Assembly: GCA_045536565.1 (NCBI GenBank)
Contig: JAZSNU010000020.1
Span: 71,275 to 135,274 of the forward strand
Direction of reading: 5' to 3'
Length of the DNA stretch: 64,000 nucleotides
Origin: Clostridia bacterium
GTDB lineage: Bacteria > Bacillota > Clostridia > TANB77 > CAG-465
Shown here: piece after piece, positions 38,336 through 48,836 of the stretch
Layout: each line of letters opens with the position of its first letter
Numbering within the stretch: the stretch's first letter is position 1
Notes under the pieces: model-generated
The model's input: the letters and a program-made list of their open reading frames with translations, nothing else
What the model was told of the DNA's origin: nothing
Database searches by the model: none
Program-made: the position numbers and the translations under genes

Positions 38336-40975
38336 TTAGTTTTTAGGAAACTTAATAGCTGCTTGTGCTGCTGCTAAGCGAGCAATAGGAACTCTAAATG
38401 GTGAACATGAAACATATGTTAATCCTGCTTTATGACAGAATTCGATAGATGATGGATCTCCACCATGTTCTCCACATATTCCAAGTTTTATATCAGGTCT
38501 AGTTTGTCTACCTAATTTAGCTGCCATTTCAACTAATTTACCAACACCATTTTGGTCTAGTCTTGCGAATGGGTCTTGTTCATAAATTTTCTTGTCATAA
38601 TAGTAATTTAAGAATTTACCAGCATCGTCACGGCTAAATCCAAATGTCATTTGTGTTAAGTCGTTAGTTCCAAATGAGAAGAACTCAGCTTCCTCGGCTA
38701 TTTCGTCAGCAGTTACTGCTGCTCTTGGTATTTCAATCATTGTTCCTACTTTATAGTGCATGTCTTTTCCGCTTGCTTTTATTATTTCGTCAGCAGTTGT
38801 TGTAACTATTGATTTAACATAAGCAAGTTCTTTAACTTCACCAACTAATGGAATCATTATTTCAGGAACAATATTCCATTCAGGATGTCTATCCATAACA
38901 TTTAATGCAGCCTCAATAACTGCTCTTGTTTGCATTTCTGCAATTTCAGGATAAGAAACAGCTAATCTACATCCTCTATGTCCCATCATTGGGTTAAATT
39001 CATGAAGAGAAGCAATAACATTTCTTAATTCTTGTGCAGTTATATTTAGTTCTCCTGCAATTTCAATAATATCTTTTTCCTCAGTAGGTAAGAACTCATG
39101 AAGAGGTGGATCTAAGTAACGAATAGTTACTGATTTACCTTCCATTGCTTCATATAAACCTTCAAAATCACCTCTTTGCATTGGTAATAATTTATCTAAA
39201 GCTTTTCTTCTTTGTTCTTCTGTTTTAGCAACAATCATTTCTCTCATTGCTTTAATTCTATCTGCTTCAAAGAACATGTGCTCAGTACGGCAAAGACCGA
39301 TACCTTCTGCTCCGAATTTAGCTGCTTGTTTAGCATCTCTTGGAGAGTCAGCGTTTGTTCTTATTTGTAATGTTCTGAATTCATCAGCCCATCCCATTAT
39401 TGTTCCGAAGTTTCCAGAAATAGAAGCTTCAACGGTTGGTATTGCTTCACCATAAATGTTACCAGTTGTACCATCAAGAGAAATATAATCACCTTCGTGA
39501 ATTTCTTTTCCACCTAATGTAAATACTTTGGCTTCTTCATCTATAACGATATCTCCACAACCAGATACACAGCAAGTACCCATACCACGAGCAACAACTG
39601 CTGCGTGAGATGTCATACCACCTCTAACTGTTAAGATACCTTGAGCTGCGTTCATTCCTTCAATATCTTCTGGAGAAGTTTCAAGTCTAACAAGAACTAC
39701 TTTTTCTCCTTTTTCAGCCCATACGATAGCATCTTCTGCTGTAAACACTACTTTACCACAAGCAGCACCAGGTGATGCTGGAAGTGCTGAACCGATTGGA
39801 GTAGCTGCTTTTAAAGCTGCTGCGTCGAATGCAGGGTGTAATACAGCATCTAGGCTCTTAGCATCAATCATAGCAACTGCTTCTTCTTTGCTTATCATAC
39901 CTTCATTAACAAGATCAACAGCTATTTGAAGTGCAGCGGCTGCTGTTCTTTTACCATTTCTAGTTTGTAACATGTATAATTTACCATTTTCAATTGTAAA
40001 TTCCATATCTTGCATATCTCTGTAATGGTTTTCTAGTTTTTTGCATATTTCAACAAATTGATCATATGCAGCAGGCATAACTTCTTTTAATTGATCTATT
40101 TTTTGTGGTGTTCTAATACCAGCAACAACATCTTCACCTTGTGCATTCATTAAGAATTCACCGTAAAGTTTAGCTTCACCAGTAGATGGGTTACGAGTAA
40201 ATGCAACACCAGTACCAGATGTTTCACCCATGTTACCAAATACCATCATTTGAACATTGACAGCAGTTCCCCAAGAAGAAGGAATATCGTTCATTCTTCT
40301 GTAGTATATAGCTCTAGGATTATCCCAAGATCTAAATACTGCTTTAACAGCTTCTAATAATTGTGTTTTTGGTTCAGATGGGAAATCTTCTCCTTTTTGC
40401 TCTTTATAGAAAGCCTTAAACTGAGATATTAACTCTTTTAAATCTTCAGAAGTTAATTCTGTATCTAGTTTAACACCTCTTTTTTCTTTTAATTCATCAA
40501 TTAATCTTTCAAAATTGCTCTTTGGAAGTTCCATAACAACATCAGAGAACATTTGAATGAAACGACGATATGAATCGTAAGCAAAACGAGGGTTACCTGT
40601 AAGATTTGCAAAACCTTCAACAACTTCATCGTTTAAACCTAGATTTAATATTGTATCCATCATACCAGGCATAGACGCTCTAGCACCAGAACGAACAGAT
40701 ACTAGTAAAGGATTGTTTACATTTCCAAATTCTTTACCAGAAATTTCTTCTAATTTTTTCAAACTAGCAAAAATTTCATCTACGATTTCAGGAGCGATTT
40801 CCTTATTGTCATCGTAGTAACGCGTACAAGCCTCAGTTGAAACAGTAAATCCTTGTGGAACTGGCATACCTAAGTTAGTCATTTCGGCTAGGTTAGCACC
40901 TTTTCCGCCAAGAAGCTCTCTTTGTTTACCGTTACCTTCTGAGAACATATATACATATTTTGTGCTCATTGACAC
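38336..40975 (-). CDS. ppdK: pyruvate, phosphate dikinase
   Basis: 879 aa; ATP-grasp N-terminus; phosphohistidine motif GGMTSHAAVVARG; PEP-utilising C-terminal domain. Confidence 0.9.
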   Translation of the reverse strand: MSMSTKYVYMFSEGNGKQRELLGGKGANLAEMTNLGMPVPQGFTVSTEACTRYYDDNKEIAPEIVDEIFASLKKLEEISGKEFGNVNNPLLVSVRSGARASMPGMMDTILNLGLNDEVVEGFANLTGNPRFAYDSYRRFIQMFSDVVMELPKSNFERLIDELKEKRGVKLDTELTSEDLKELISQFKAFYKEQKGEDFPSEPKTQLLEAVKAVFRSWDNPRAIYYRRMNDIPSSWGTAVNVQMMVFGNMGETSGTGVAFTRNPSTGEAKLYGEFLMNAQGEDVVAGIRTPQKIDQLKEVMPAAYDQFVEICKKLENHYRDMQDMEFTIENGKLYMLQTRNGKRTAAAALQIAVDLVNEGMISKEEAVAMIDAKSLDAVLHPAFDAAALKAATPIGSALPASPGAACGKVVFTAEDAIVWAEKGEKVVLVRLETSPEDIEGMNAAQGILTVRGGMTSHAAVVARGMGTCCVSGCGDIVIDEEAKVFTLGGKEIHEGDYISLDGTTGNIYGEAIPTVEASISGNFGTIMGWADEFRTLQIRTNADSPRDAKQAAKFGAEGIGLCRTEHMFFEADRIKAMREMIVAKTEEQRRKALDKLLPMQRGDFEGLYEAMEGKSVTIRYLDPPLHEFLPTEEKDIIEIAGELNITAQELRNVIASLHEFNPMMGHRGCRLAVSYPEIAEMQTRAVIEAALNVMDRHPEWNIVPEIMIPLVGEVKELAYVKSIVTTTADEIIKASGKDMHYKVGTMIEIPRAAVTADEIAEEAEFFSFGTNDLTQMTFGFSRDDAGKFLNYYYDKKIYEQDPFARLDQNGVGKLVEMAAKLGRQTRPDIKLGICGEHGGDPSSIEFCHKAGLTYVSCSPFRVPIARLAAAQAAIKFPKN

Positions 40976-41163
40976 GACCTCCTTAAATTAGTTTAGTATA
41001 TTTACACTTGCTTAAACTAATTCTATGTGAAAATTCAAGCAAATATATTTTTAACATATGAATTATATCAAAAGATATACGAAAATGCTACTATTTATTG
41101 GAAAATAATTAAAAATATTATACATAAAAATTAACTAGGGAATATTTTCCCTAGTTAAAATGA

Positions 41164-41373
41164 TTATTTTGCTTCTTCTGTTGTTTTTGTGGTAGTGTCA
41201 TTTTTGGTTAATGTTGAGGTTGTATGCGTAAAGCAATCACAATCTAAAAAATCACATTCGACATCTAACGCTTTTTTTAATTCCACATATTTTTGGTAAC
41301 CCATTACTCCAAGTGTAACAACACCAAGGAGTGAAGTTCCTACCAAAAATAATTTACCTATTTTTTTTGCCAT
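41164..41373 (-). CDS. small membrane protein (69 aa) with Cys/Asp-rich segment and Thr-rich tail
   Basis: N-terminal TM, DVECDFLDCDCF. Followed by the AACTAGGG-AATATTTT-CCCTAGTT terminator at 41133-41162. Confidence 0.4.
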   Translation of the reverse strand: MAKKIGKLFLVGTSLLGVVTLGVMGYQKYVELKKALDVECDFLDCDCFTHTTSTLTKNDTTTKTTEEAK

Positions 41374-41548
41374 GTTAAATTCCTCCTTAAAATATTAAGT
41401 TTGTTTGGTTAAGTATAATAGTTATACACTTTTAAAAATTTTCTACTATATTAGTATACCAGAAAAACAATAATATGTCAACTAAACATAGAGAAAGTAA
41501 AGTAACCAGGACAAACATATAAGAATATACTACACTAGGTGATGAAAA

Positions 41549-41884
41549 ATGGAATTGTTATTAGAAGTAATAATATATTTACTGGTGGTTTTAGGCTTAA
41601 TAACAGTCTGCTTTACTTTTTTTAATAAGTTTAAATTGCTAGACTTAATTGTGTCAAATGAAATAGTGCAAAGTGAAGAAAAAACAGGGAAACATAAATA
41701 TTTTAGGGTAAAAAATCAAAATGCAAAAGTAATAATGAATGTACGATATAAAAATATTACAGTGGAGGAGTTAGAAAAAATAAAAGAGAGTATAGAAATT
41801 GCAAACTATACCAATATATTAGATATAGTTGATGAAATAAATTACATAGAAAGTGCTCAAAAAAAAGTTAAGAAAAAAAGATAG
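41549..41884 (+). CDS. hypothetical membrane protein (111 aa)
   Basis: N-terminal TM; RBS GGTGATG. Confidence 0.4.
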   Translation: MELLLEVIIYLLVVLGLITVCFTFFNKFKLLDLIVSNEIVQSEEKTGKHKYFRVKNQNAKVIMNVRYKNITVEELEKIKESIEIANYTNILDIVDEINYIESAQKKVKKKR

Positions 41885-41992
41885 TATAGAAGAGGATGAT
41901 GTATACAAGGCATTGTCTTCTTTTTAATTTAATTTTGCCAATAAGTTTGACTTTTGTTTTTAATAAGTATAGAATATATTAGAGGTGGAAAT

Positions 41993-42598
41993 ATGTTTGC
42001 GTATTTAAAGGGTAAAGCAGTAAATGTCAAAAGGGATAAAGTAGTATTAGATGTAAATAATGTAGGGTATTTAGTAAACATTCCAGAGGGCGATTCTGAG
42101 AAAATTATTGCGGCAGGTGATGTTCACATAATGCTTAATATATATACAGATATTAAAGAAAATGATATAAGTTTATATGGCTTTTTAGATGCAGAATCAT
42201 TAAGTGTATTTGAAAAATTAATAAAGGTAAGTGGTGTAGGAAGCAAAATGGCAAGAAATATATTATCGTTTATGACACCGCAGGAAATATGTATTGCTAT
42301 TGCAAATGAAGATTTTGGTTTGATAACGAAAATACCTGGACTTGGTCAAAAAACAGCAGCTAGAATTATATTAGAGTTAAAAGATAAAATACTTAAAGAG
42401 GACATGCCTTCTATTTCATCTAGTAAGACTAAGATTAAGACTAAGACAAATACTAATGAAAATGAAGCAATACTTGCACTTAAAGTCTTAGGATATTCTC
42501 AGCAACAAATTGTTGAAGAGTTAAAAGAAATAGATACCGAAGATCTGAAAGTAGAAGAAATAATCAAAAAAGTGTTATTTAATCTAAACAGAAAATAG
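41993..42598 (+). CDS. ruvA: Holliday junction DNA helicase subunit RuvA
   Basis: MFAYLKGK..., OB domain, two HhH (LIKVSGVGSKMA, IPGLGQKTAARI), C-terminal domain III. RBS AGAGGTGG. Confidence 0.8.
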   Translation: MFAYLKGKAVNVKRDKVVLDVNNVGYLVNIPEGDSEKIIAAGDVHIMLNIYTDIKENDISLYGFLDAESLSVFEKLIKVSGVGSKMARNILSFMTPQEICIAIANEDFGLITKIPGLGQKTAARIILELKDKILKEDMPSISSSKTKIKTKTNTNENEAILALKVLGYSQQQIVEELKEIDTEDLKVEEIIKKVLFNLNRK

Positions 42599-42667
42599 AG
42601 GAATTAATTGGATTAGATTTAGCATATTTAATATGCTATACTATATAAATACAAAAGGAGTTAATAT

Positions 42668-43345
42668 ATGATTGAATTTAAAGGAGTAACAAAAAAATAT
42701 GATCATGGTGTAACAGCCCTTGATAATATTAATTTGAAAATTGAAAAGGGAGAATTTGTTTTTTTAGTTGGACCATCAGGATCTGGTAAATCTACATTTT
42801 TAAAATTAGTTATAAAAGAAGAAGATCCAACAGAAGGAATTATTAATATAAATTCGAGGGATTTGGGAAAACTAAAAGATAGTGATATTCCATATTTAAG
42901 AAGAAAAATAGGATTTGTATTCCAAGATTTTAGACTGTTATATGATAAAACAGTAGAAGAAAATATTGTATTTGCTTTAAGGGTAATTGAAGCGTCTGAA
43001 AGAGAGATAAAAACGCAACTTTCTAGTGTATTAAAACAAGTTGGTTTAGAAGGAAAAGAAAACAGTTATCCTAATCAATTATCTGGTGGGGAACAACAAA
43101 GAGTAGCGCTAGCAAGAGCATTAGCGACAAGACCTCCAATAATTATAGCGGACGAGCCAACTGGTAACTTAGATGCAAATACTGCAAAAGGAATAATGGA
43201 TACACTTTATGAAATAAACAAAAACGGAACTACAATAGTTGTAGTAACACACGACCAAAATATAATTAAAAATGCAAACAAAAGAGTTATTGGCTTAGAA
43301 AAAGGCAAGATAGTTATGGATAACAAAATAGGAGGTGTTGAATAA
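42668..43345 (+). CDS. ftsE: cell division ATP-binding protein FtsE
   Basis: ABC ATPase: Walker A GPSGSGKST, signature LSGGEQQR, Walker B IIIADE. Confidence 0.9.
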   Translation: MIEFKGVTKKYDHGVTALDNINLKIEKGEFVFLVGPSGSGKSTFLKLVIKEEDPTEGIININSRDLGKLKDSDIPYLRRKIGFVFQDFRLLYDKTVEENIVFALRVIEASEREIKTQLSSVLKQVGLEGKENSYPNQLSGGEQQRVALARALATRPPIIIADEPTGNLDANTAKGIMDTLYEINKNGTTIVVVTHDQNIIKNANKRVIGLEKGKIVMDNKIGGVE

Positions 43346-43347
43346 TT

Positions 43348-44241
43348 ATGAAAACATCAACATATTTGTTTAAACAAGGATATGAAAATTTAAAAAAACA
43401 TGGTTCAAAAACATTTTCTACTATGTTAATAATATCTGCTACAATGATTATTTTAGGTATATTTATAATACTAATACAAAATGTAAATCAAAATGTAAAA
43501 ACTATAACAGAAAGTCAAGGATTGCAGGCTTTTGTATCGGATGATTATTTAGATAAAGATAATGTAGAGCAAATCGCAAGAAAATTAAAAGATGTTGAAA
43601 ATGTTAAAGAAATAACATATTTGGATAAGGCGGCTGCTTTTGAAGATGCAAAAAGTACATTAAAAGACTATGCATATTTGTTAGATGGATTAGAAAAAGC
43701 GAATCCATTCCCAGCATCATTTATTGTTAAATTTGAAAATTTAGAAGGTACAGAAAATGTAAAAGAAACTATTGAAACAATAGATGGAATATATAAAGTT
43801 GGATATAATGAAACAATAATGAATGCGGTAATGTCAATTTCTGATATTGCAAAAATAGCATTTTTTGGTATTGGCTCAGTTATGATAATAATATCAATAT
43901 TTATTATATCAAATACTATAAAACTTGCCGTATATTCAAACAAAAGAGAGATATTTATAATGAGATATATAGGTGCTACTAATTCCTTTATAAGAAGACC
44001 GTTTATTGTGGAAGGAACACTTATGGGGCTAGCATCAGCGGCTATGTCATGGGTGCTTGTATCTTTAACATATATTGCAGCATATGCAAGACTTCCTAAA
44101 ATAGGTTCGACACTCGGAATATTTGGTTTTATACCATATTCTCAGCTTTGGTATATAGTACTTGCAGCATTTTTAGTGTTAGGAGTATTCTTAGGAATAC
44201 TTGGAAGTAGTTTAGCAATTAAAAAATATTTAAAAGCATAG
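43348..44241 (+). CDS. ftsX: cell division permease FtsX
   Basis: N-terminal TM, extracellular domain, three C-terminal TMs. Immediately after ftsE. Confidence 0.85.
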   Translation: MKTSTYLFKQGYENLKKHGSKTFSTMLIISATMIILGIFIILIQNVNQNVKTITESQGLQAFVSDDYLDKDNVEQIARKLKDVENVKEITYLDKAAAFEDAKSTLKDYAYLLDGLEKANPFPASFIVKFENLEGTENVKETIETIDGIYKVGYNETIMNAVMSISDIAKIAFFGIGSVMIIISIFIISNTIKLAVYSNKREIFIMRYIGATNSFIRRPFIVEGTLMGLASAAMSWVLVSLTYIAAYARLPKIGSTLGIFGFIPYSQLWYIVLAAFLVLGVFLGILGSSLAIKKYLKA

Positions 44242-44250
44242 GAGATATAT

Positions 44251-45489
44251 ATGAAAGTATTAAAAAGTATCATGAAACAAAAACTCTATATGTTTCTTCT
44301 CATAGTCTTGGTCACAAGTTCAGCATTTACCTATGTTTATGCTGATAAGATATCAGATATAAAAGATGACATATCAGATATAAAAGCACAACAATCGGAA
44401 ACAACAAGAAAATTGGAAGAAGCAGAACAAAGTATAAAAAGCTATGAATCCGAACTTTCAGGACTAGATAAAGATATTGAAAAATATGCAGGAGATATTG
44501 ATAGTTTAAATGGAAGACTAGGTACTGTAAATGAAGAGGTTGCAGAGCTAGAACATGATCTTCAAAATGCTGCAACAAGTTATCAGGCAACAAAAGATTT
44601 ACTTAACACTAGACTTAGAGCATTATATGAAAATGGGTTTGTTAACATTTGGGAAGTGTTATTTACTTCAAATGGTATAACTGATTTTTTGGCTAAATAT
44701 AGTGTTGTAGCCTCTCTTTTAGAATATGATAAAAAAGTGCTTAATGCAGTTCAAAGTCAGAAGACATATATAGCAAGTAAAAAACAAGATTCAGAACTTA
44801 GAAAATTACAATTAGAACAATTACAATACGATTTAGATAAATCAAAAGAAGCCTTAGAAAGTGCAAAACAAGCAAAACAAAGTAAATTAAATCAATTGGA
44901 AAACTCTAAAAAAGAACTCGCCGCCCTTCAAGAAACATTAAAGAAAGATTTAAACGATCAGATTGCAAAATTAAATAGAGAAATGGCAGCTGCTGGTTCA
45001 GGTGGTGGAGTATTTGAAGGAGAGTTTGCATTTCCTGTTGAAATGGTAGGAAAAGCAAAACCAATGGTAACAACAAGGTTTGAACAATGGTATAGCCCAT
45101 GGTCTACATATTGCACTTGTCATAGTTGGGGTGTTGACATCACATATACGGATAGTACAAGAAATCTTATTGCTATAGCAGATGGACAAGTAACAAATGT
45201 GGTTTATGGGTCAACAGGATTTGGTTATTATATTATCATAAATCATGGAAAGAGTTTATCAGATGGAGCTACATATGTAAGTAGATATGCGCACTGTGCT
45301 AGAATTGATGTAAAAGTAGGAGATAAAGTTACAAGAGGACAGGTTATCGGAAGAATGGGAACAACAGGTAACTCAACGGGTGTACACTTGGATTTCTCAC
45401 TTTCAAAGAATGGTAAATATGTAAATTCACTAGATTATTATGGCGGATATAACGCATTTAGACATATTTATACAGAAAGTTGTAAATAA
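44251..45489 (+). CDS. coiled-coil M23 family metallopeptidase (EnvC/PcsB-like FtsEX partner)
   Basis: Signal peptide, long coiled-coil, C-terminal M23 motifs (HxxxD, GTTGNSTGVHLDF). Confidence 0.8.
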   Translation: MKVLKSIMKQKLYMFLLIVLVTSSAFTYVYADKISDIKDDISDIKAQQSETTRKLEEAEQSIKSYESELSGLDKDIEKYAGDIDSLNGRLGTVNEEVAELEHDLQNAATSYQATKDLLNTRLRALYENGFVNIWEVLFTSNGITDFLAKYSVVASLLEYDKKVLNAVQSQKTYIASKKQDSELRKLQLEQLQYDLDKSKEALESAKQAKQSKLNQLENSKKELAALQETLKKDLNDQIAKLNREMAAAGSGGGVFEGEFAFPVEMVGKAKPMVTTRFEQWYSPWSTYCTCHSWGVDITYTDSTRNLIAIADGQVTNVVYGSTGFGYYIIINHGKSLSDGATYVSRYAHCARIDVKVGDKVTRGQVIGRMGTTGNSTGVHLDFSLSKNGKYVNSLDYYGGYNAFRHIYTESCK

Positions 45490-45512
45490 TAAATATATGA
45501 GGATAAAATAAA

Positions 45513-45536
45513 AGACCAGCATTTGCTGGTCTTTAT
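45513..45536. terminator. bidirectional terminator
   Basis: AGACCAGC-ATTT-GCTGGTCT followed by TTATT. Confidence 0.6.
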
Positions 45537-45544
45537 TGGAATAT

Positions 45545-45883
45545 TTAAGCACACTCTTTTGCAATACGCTTTAATTCATTCCATTTGCTTTCAAAGGCTA
45601 CTGGATAGTCCCAATTTGAAAAAGGTACATACATGCCACGGCTTGTAAAACCATTTTCCTGAAGAATATCCATAAACTGTTTAGTATAAGGAATAACATG
45701 TAAAGTGCCATCTGTGAAGAATGAAATTATACCGTTATTCGTGTTGTAGGTGCTTTCAACAAGGTTAGATGCGTCAACAGTAAGTATTTCCTCTTGGTTT
45801 AATTGTGGCCATCTTACCTTAATTGGATGGGTAATTGCGATAGCTGTTTCTTTGAGTTCTGTGAGTGTTTTAATTGTTTTCAT
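45545..45883 (-). CDS. hypothetical protein (112 aa)
   Basis: RBS AAGGAGAAAAC. No motif recognised. Confidence 0.45.
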   Translation of the reverse strand: MKTIKTLTELKETAIAITHPIKVRWPQLNQEEILTVDASNLVESTYNTNNGIISFFTDGTLHVIPYTKQFMDILQENGFTSRGMYVPFSNWDYPVAFESKWNELKRIAKECA

Positions 45884-46141
45884 AATGTTTTCTCCTTTTC
45901 TCCTTCATGCTTTGCATGAGTTCTAATATAATCATATATATAATCAGGTTTCCCTGTTATTTTCCTGTTGTTTAGTATAACAACATCTTAATATGTTTAA
46001 GATAGTTATATTATACCATATTTTACATAAAAAAGCAAATTTCGTTAAATATCAAAGAGATTATTCTTTGTCGAATTTTGAATATAATAGTTTTTGTGTC
46101 ATATTTTGAAACACGGTTTTTGTTGACAAGCAAGGATTACC

Positions 46142-46999
46142 ATGTTAAAGTATAGACATAGAGGAGGTGGTTGTATCTATGAAATAATATGTATGGGTAT
46201 ATTCACAATAATTATATATAAAGTGTTAGATAAATATTTAATTGAGCAGAAAGGAAAAATTATAATAGGAAAGATCAATTTAGATAACAATCTTAATATA
46301 ACCAGAATGCCTACATGTATAAAAAAATATTTATCGAATATTCATAAAAAATTATTTAATATAAGTAATCCATATGGATTAAGTCTAAAAAAATATATAT
46401 TAATAAAATATGTTTTTTCATTTATGTTTTTTATCGTATCGATTATTAATAAAAATAGTATTTTAGTATCTTTAATTATTACAATCTTTACACATTTTAT
46501 ACCTAATTTGTTAATTTATATGTTTAAGAAAAACGAAAGAGTTTATGTTATAAAAAATCTAAGAAATATTGTAAATAGTATGGTTATATCTTTGTCTGCA
46601 TCACTTACATTAGAGTCAGCATTAAAAAGCAGTATAGATGCAATTGAATATAAAAGGTTAAAAGAGGAATTTGAAACTTTTATAGATAAATATAAAACAT
46701 ATGGATATAACATGAGAAAAGCCATTAATTCTCTTAAAGAAAAATTTAATTACTATGAAATTGAACTCTTTATATCGACACTCTTAAATGCAGAAAATGA
46801 TGGTAATATTATTAAAAGTTTAGAAAAGTATAATATGGTTTTAGATATAAGTTATTCTAAATATTTGGCTAAGGAAAATTCAAAAAGAGTTCTTTACCTT
46901 ACATTAGGAACGGTACTGGCACTTGTAAATATAATAATTATTGTAATGTATCCTATGTTTATAGAAGTAGCAGAAAATCTGCAAGTGATATTTAGTTAG
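46142..46999 (+). CDS. type II secretion system F-domain protein (TadB/TadC-like)
   Basis: Polytopic membrane protein with a T2SS-F-like cytoplasmic segment (SLSASLTLESALKSSIDAIEY...). Confidence 0.55.
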   Translation: MLKYRHRGGGCIYEIICMGIFTIIIYKVLDKYLIEQKGKIIIGKINLDNNLNITRMPTCIKKYLSNIHKKLFNISNPYGLSLKKYILIKYVFSFMFFIVSIINKNSILVSLIITIFTHFIPNLLIYMFKKNERVYVIKNLRNIVNSMVISLSASLTLESALKSSIDAIEYKRLKEEFETFIDKYKTYGYNMRKAINSLKEKFNYYEIELFISTLLNAENDGNIIKSLEKYNMVLDISYSKYLAKENSKRVLYLTLGTVLALVNIIIIVMYPMFIEVAENLQVIFS

Positions 47000-47010
47000 G
47001 AGGAAAAAAT

Positions 47011-47244
47011 TTGAAAAAAGTATTATTAGTAGTAAAAAACGGAAAAAAGAAAGAAGAAAAAATAAAAAATAATTTAAATAGTAAAAGAGGTTCAGAACTT
47101 GCTCAAACAGTTCTTATAACAGCAATTATGATTATGCTTATTGCAGCGTTATTCTTTCCTCAAATAAAAGGACTCTTCCAAACAGCAATGACTGAAATTA
47201 CAACTTGGTTTAATACCATTATTGGTGATATATCAGCAACATAA
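47011..47244 (+). CDS. Flp/Fap-type pilin-like protein
   Basis: 77 aa. Basic leader, then G/SELAQTVLITAIMIMLIAALFF hydrophobic segment (class III signal-peptide-like). TTG start 7 nt after AGGAGG. Confidence 0.4.
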   Translation: MKKVLLVVKNGKKKEEKIKNNLNSKRGSELAQTVLITAIMIMLIAALFFPQIKGLFQTAMTEITTWFNTIIGDISAT

Positions 47245-47263
47245 ATAATATAAGGAGAAAAAA

Positions 47264-47908
47264 TTGAATAATATAAAGAAAATAACAATTGCATTTTTAA
47301 TAGCATTAATTGTTGTAGTATTAGTAGAAATAACATGGAATAAATTTGGGATAAAACAAACAAATATATATGTTGCAGTAAAGGAAATATATAAAGGAGA
47401 AAAAATACTAGAAGATGATGTCAAAAAAATATCTTTAAATGCAACGGAAGGTATAAGTAAATATACAAATAGTGATATAGTAGGAAAGATTGCCAAGAAT
47501 AATATTTCGTCTGATAAGATTGTATCAAAGGGAGATGTTACCGCAAACAAATTAGAAATAGAAGATGAGGAAAGTTATGAATATATAACAATAGAGGTAA
47601 AAAGTATAAGTGACTCTCTTGCATATCAGATAAAAAAAGGAGATTATATAAATGTATATTATACAACTAAAAATAGAAAACTAGAGAATTTATTTATAAA
47701 CAAACGAGAAGTACTTCAAAATAATTTAAGCATTACATACAGAATATTTGAAAATACAAAGGTGATAGGCCTATATAATACAGTAGGTCAAGAAGTAAAA
47801 AATGGTAATCAATATAATGGGATAATGCTTAGAGTCAAAAAGCAAGATGCACTATTTGTATCGAATATAAAAGATGAAGGTGTATTTACAACATCTATAT
47901 TAAAATAA
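47264..47908 (+). CDS. CpaB/RcpC-like protein (N-terminal TM, SAF-like domain)
   Basis: TM followed by VAVKEIYKGEKILEDDV, typical of the CpaB SAF domain. TTG start after AAGGAG. Confidence 0.45.
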   Translation: MNNIKKITIAFLIALIVVVLVEITWNKFGIKQTNIYVAVKEIYKGEKILEDDVKKISLNATEGISKYTNSDIVGKIAKNNISSDKIVSKGDVTANKLEIEDEESYEYITIEVKSISDSLAYQIKKGDYINVYYTTKNRKLENLFINKREVLQNNLSITYRIFENTKVIGLYNTVGQEVKNGNQYNGIMLRVKKQDALFVSNIKDEGVFTTSILK

Positions 47909-47920
47909 TGGAGGTATAGT

Positions 47921-48283
47921 TTGAAAATAGCATTTATTAATTCAGAGAAATATTCCAAGTATAATGATAAAATAAAAGAAATTGTAGAAAATGTTAATAA
48001 TAGGTTAGTAAAAAATATGCAGCAAGCAGAAGTAAATCAAGTAGCAATAGGAACAAGGAAAAAATATGATTTATATTTTGTAATAACAGATGATATAGAA
48101 GATTTTAATCTGGTTTGTCTAAAAATAAAACCTAAAATAAATCCAGTATTAATCACTAAAAATCTAGAAGAAAAATTTATTAGGTCAGTTATATTCTCAG
48201 TAAAAGATATATTATACATTGATAATAGTATTGAAGTTATAACAAATAGAATAGCAAGTATTATAGGAAAAACATATGTATAA
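47921..48283 (+). CDS. hypothetical protein, possible degenerate receiver-like fragment
   Basis: 120 aa; alternating beta/alpha pattern with acidic pocket candidates (VITDDIED). No ATPase domain follows. Confidence 0.3.
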   Translation: MKIAFINSEKYSKYNDKIKEIVENVNNRLVKNMQQAEVNQVAIGTRKKYDLYFVITDDIEDFNLVCLKIKPKINPVLITKNLEEKFIRSVIFSVKDILYIDNSIEVITNRIASIIGKTYV

Positions 48284-48836
48284 AAAACAGAACAAGTATA
48301 TTTTAGTCATAATGTTTTTTGTAGGTATTCTTTTTATAGCTGGTTTTGTCAAAACATTTTTTAGTTATAACGATAAATTTATTGATACCACAAATATGTC
48401 TATATATAGAATAGATAATAGTATATCTAAAAATATTACATCAAGACAAATATTGCGTAAGGATAATGTTGTTTTTGTAGGAAATAGCAAAAAAGAAATT
48501 GAAAATGGATACTATGATCTAAAAATAATGTTAGAAGATAGAAATGTTAAGTTATATATAAATAAATTGTGGAAAGTATTTAATCAATCATTATATGAAA
48601 AAGATTATGTGCGTGAGGTAATAAACAGTGTATTTGATATTTTTGAGATTAATCAAAAAAAACAAAAAGAATGTTTAATACAATATATTACTAATGGATA
48701 TTTAGTTAGTAAAGGAGTAAATAAGGAAAATAGTAGTAATGAACAAATATATATAGATAAAATTAGAATTAAATCAGAAATAGTAGATAGCGAATTGATT
48801 TTGAATATTTGTAAAGAGGTGAAGTGTGAAAGTTAA
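48276..48836 (+). CDS. hypothetical membrane-anchored protein
   Basis: N-terminal TM; overlaps neighbours by a few nt. Confidence 0.4.
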   Translation: MYKKQNKYILVIMFFVGILFIAGFVKTFFSYNDKFIDTTNMSIYRIDNSISKNITSRQILRKDNVVFVGNSKKEIENGYYDLKIMLEDRNVKLYINKLWKVFNQSLYEKDYVREVINSVFDIFEINQKKQKECLIQYITNGYLVSKGVNKENSSNEQIYIDKIRIKSEIVDSELILNICKEVKCES

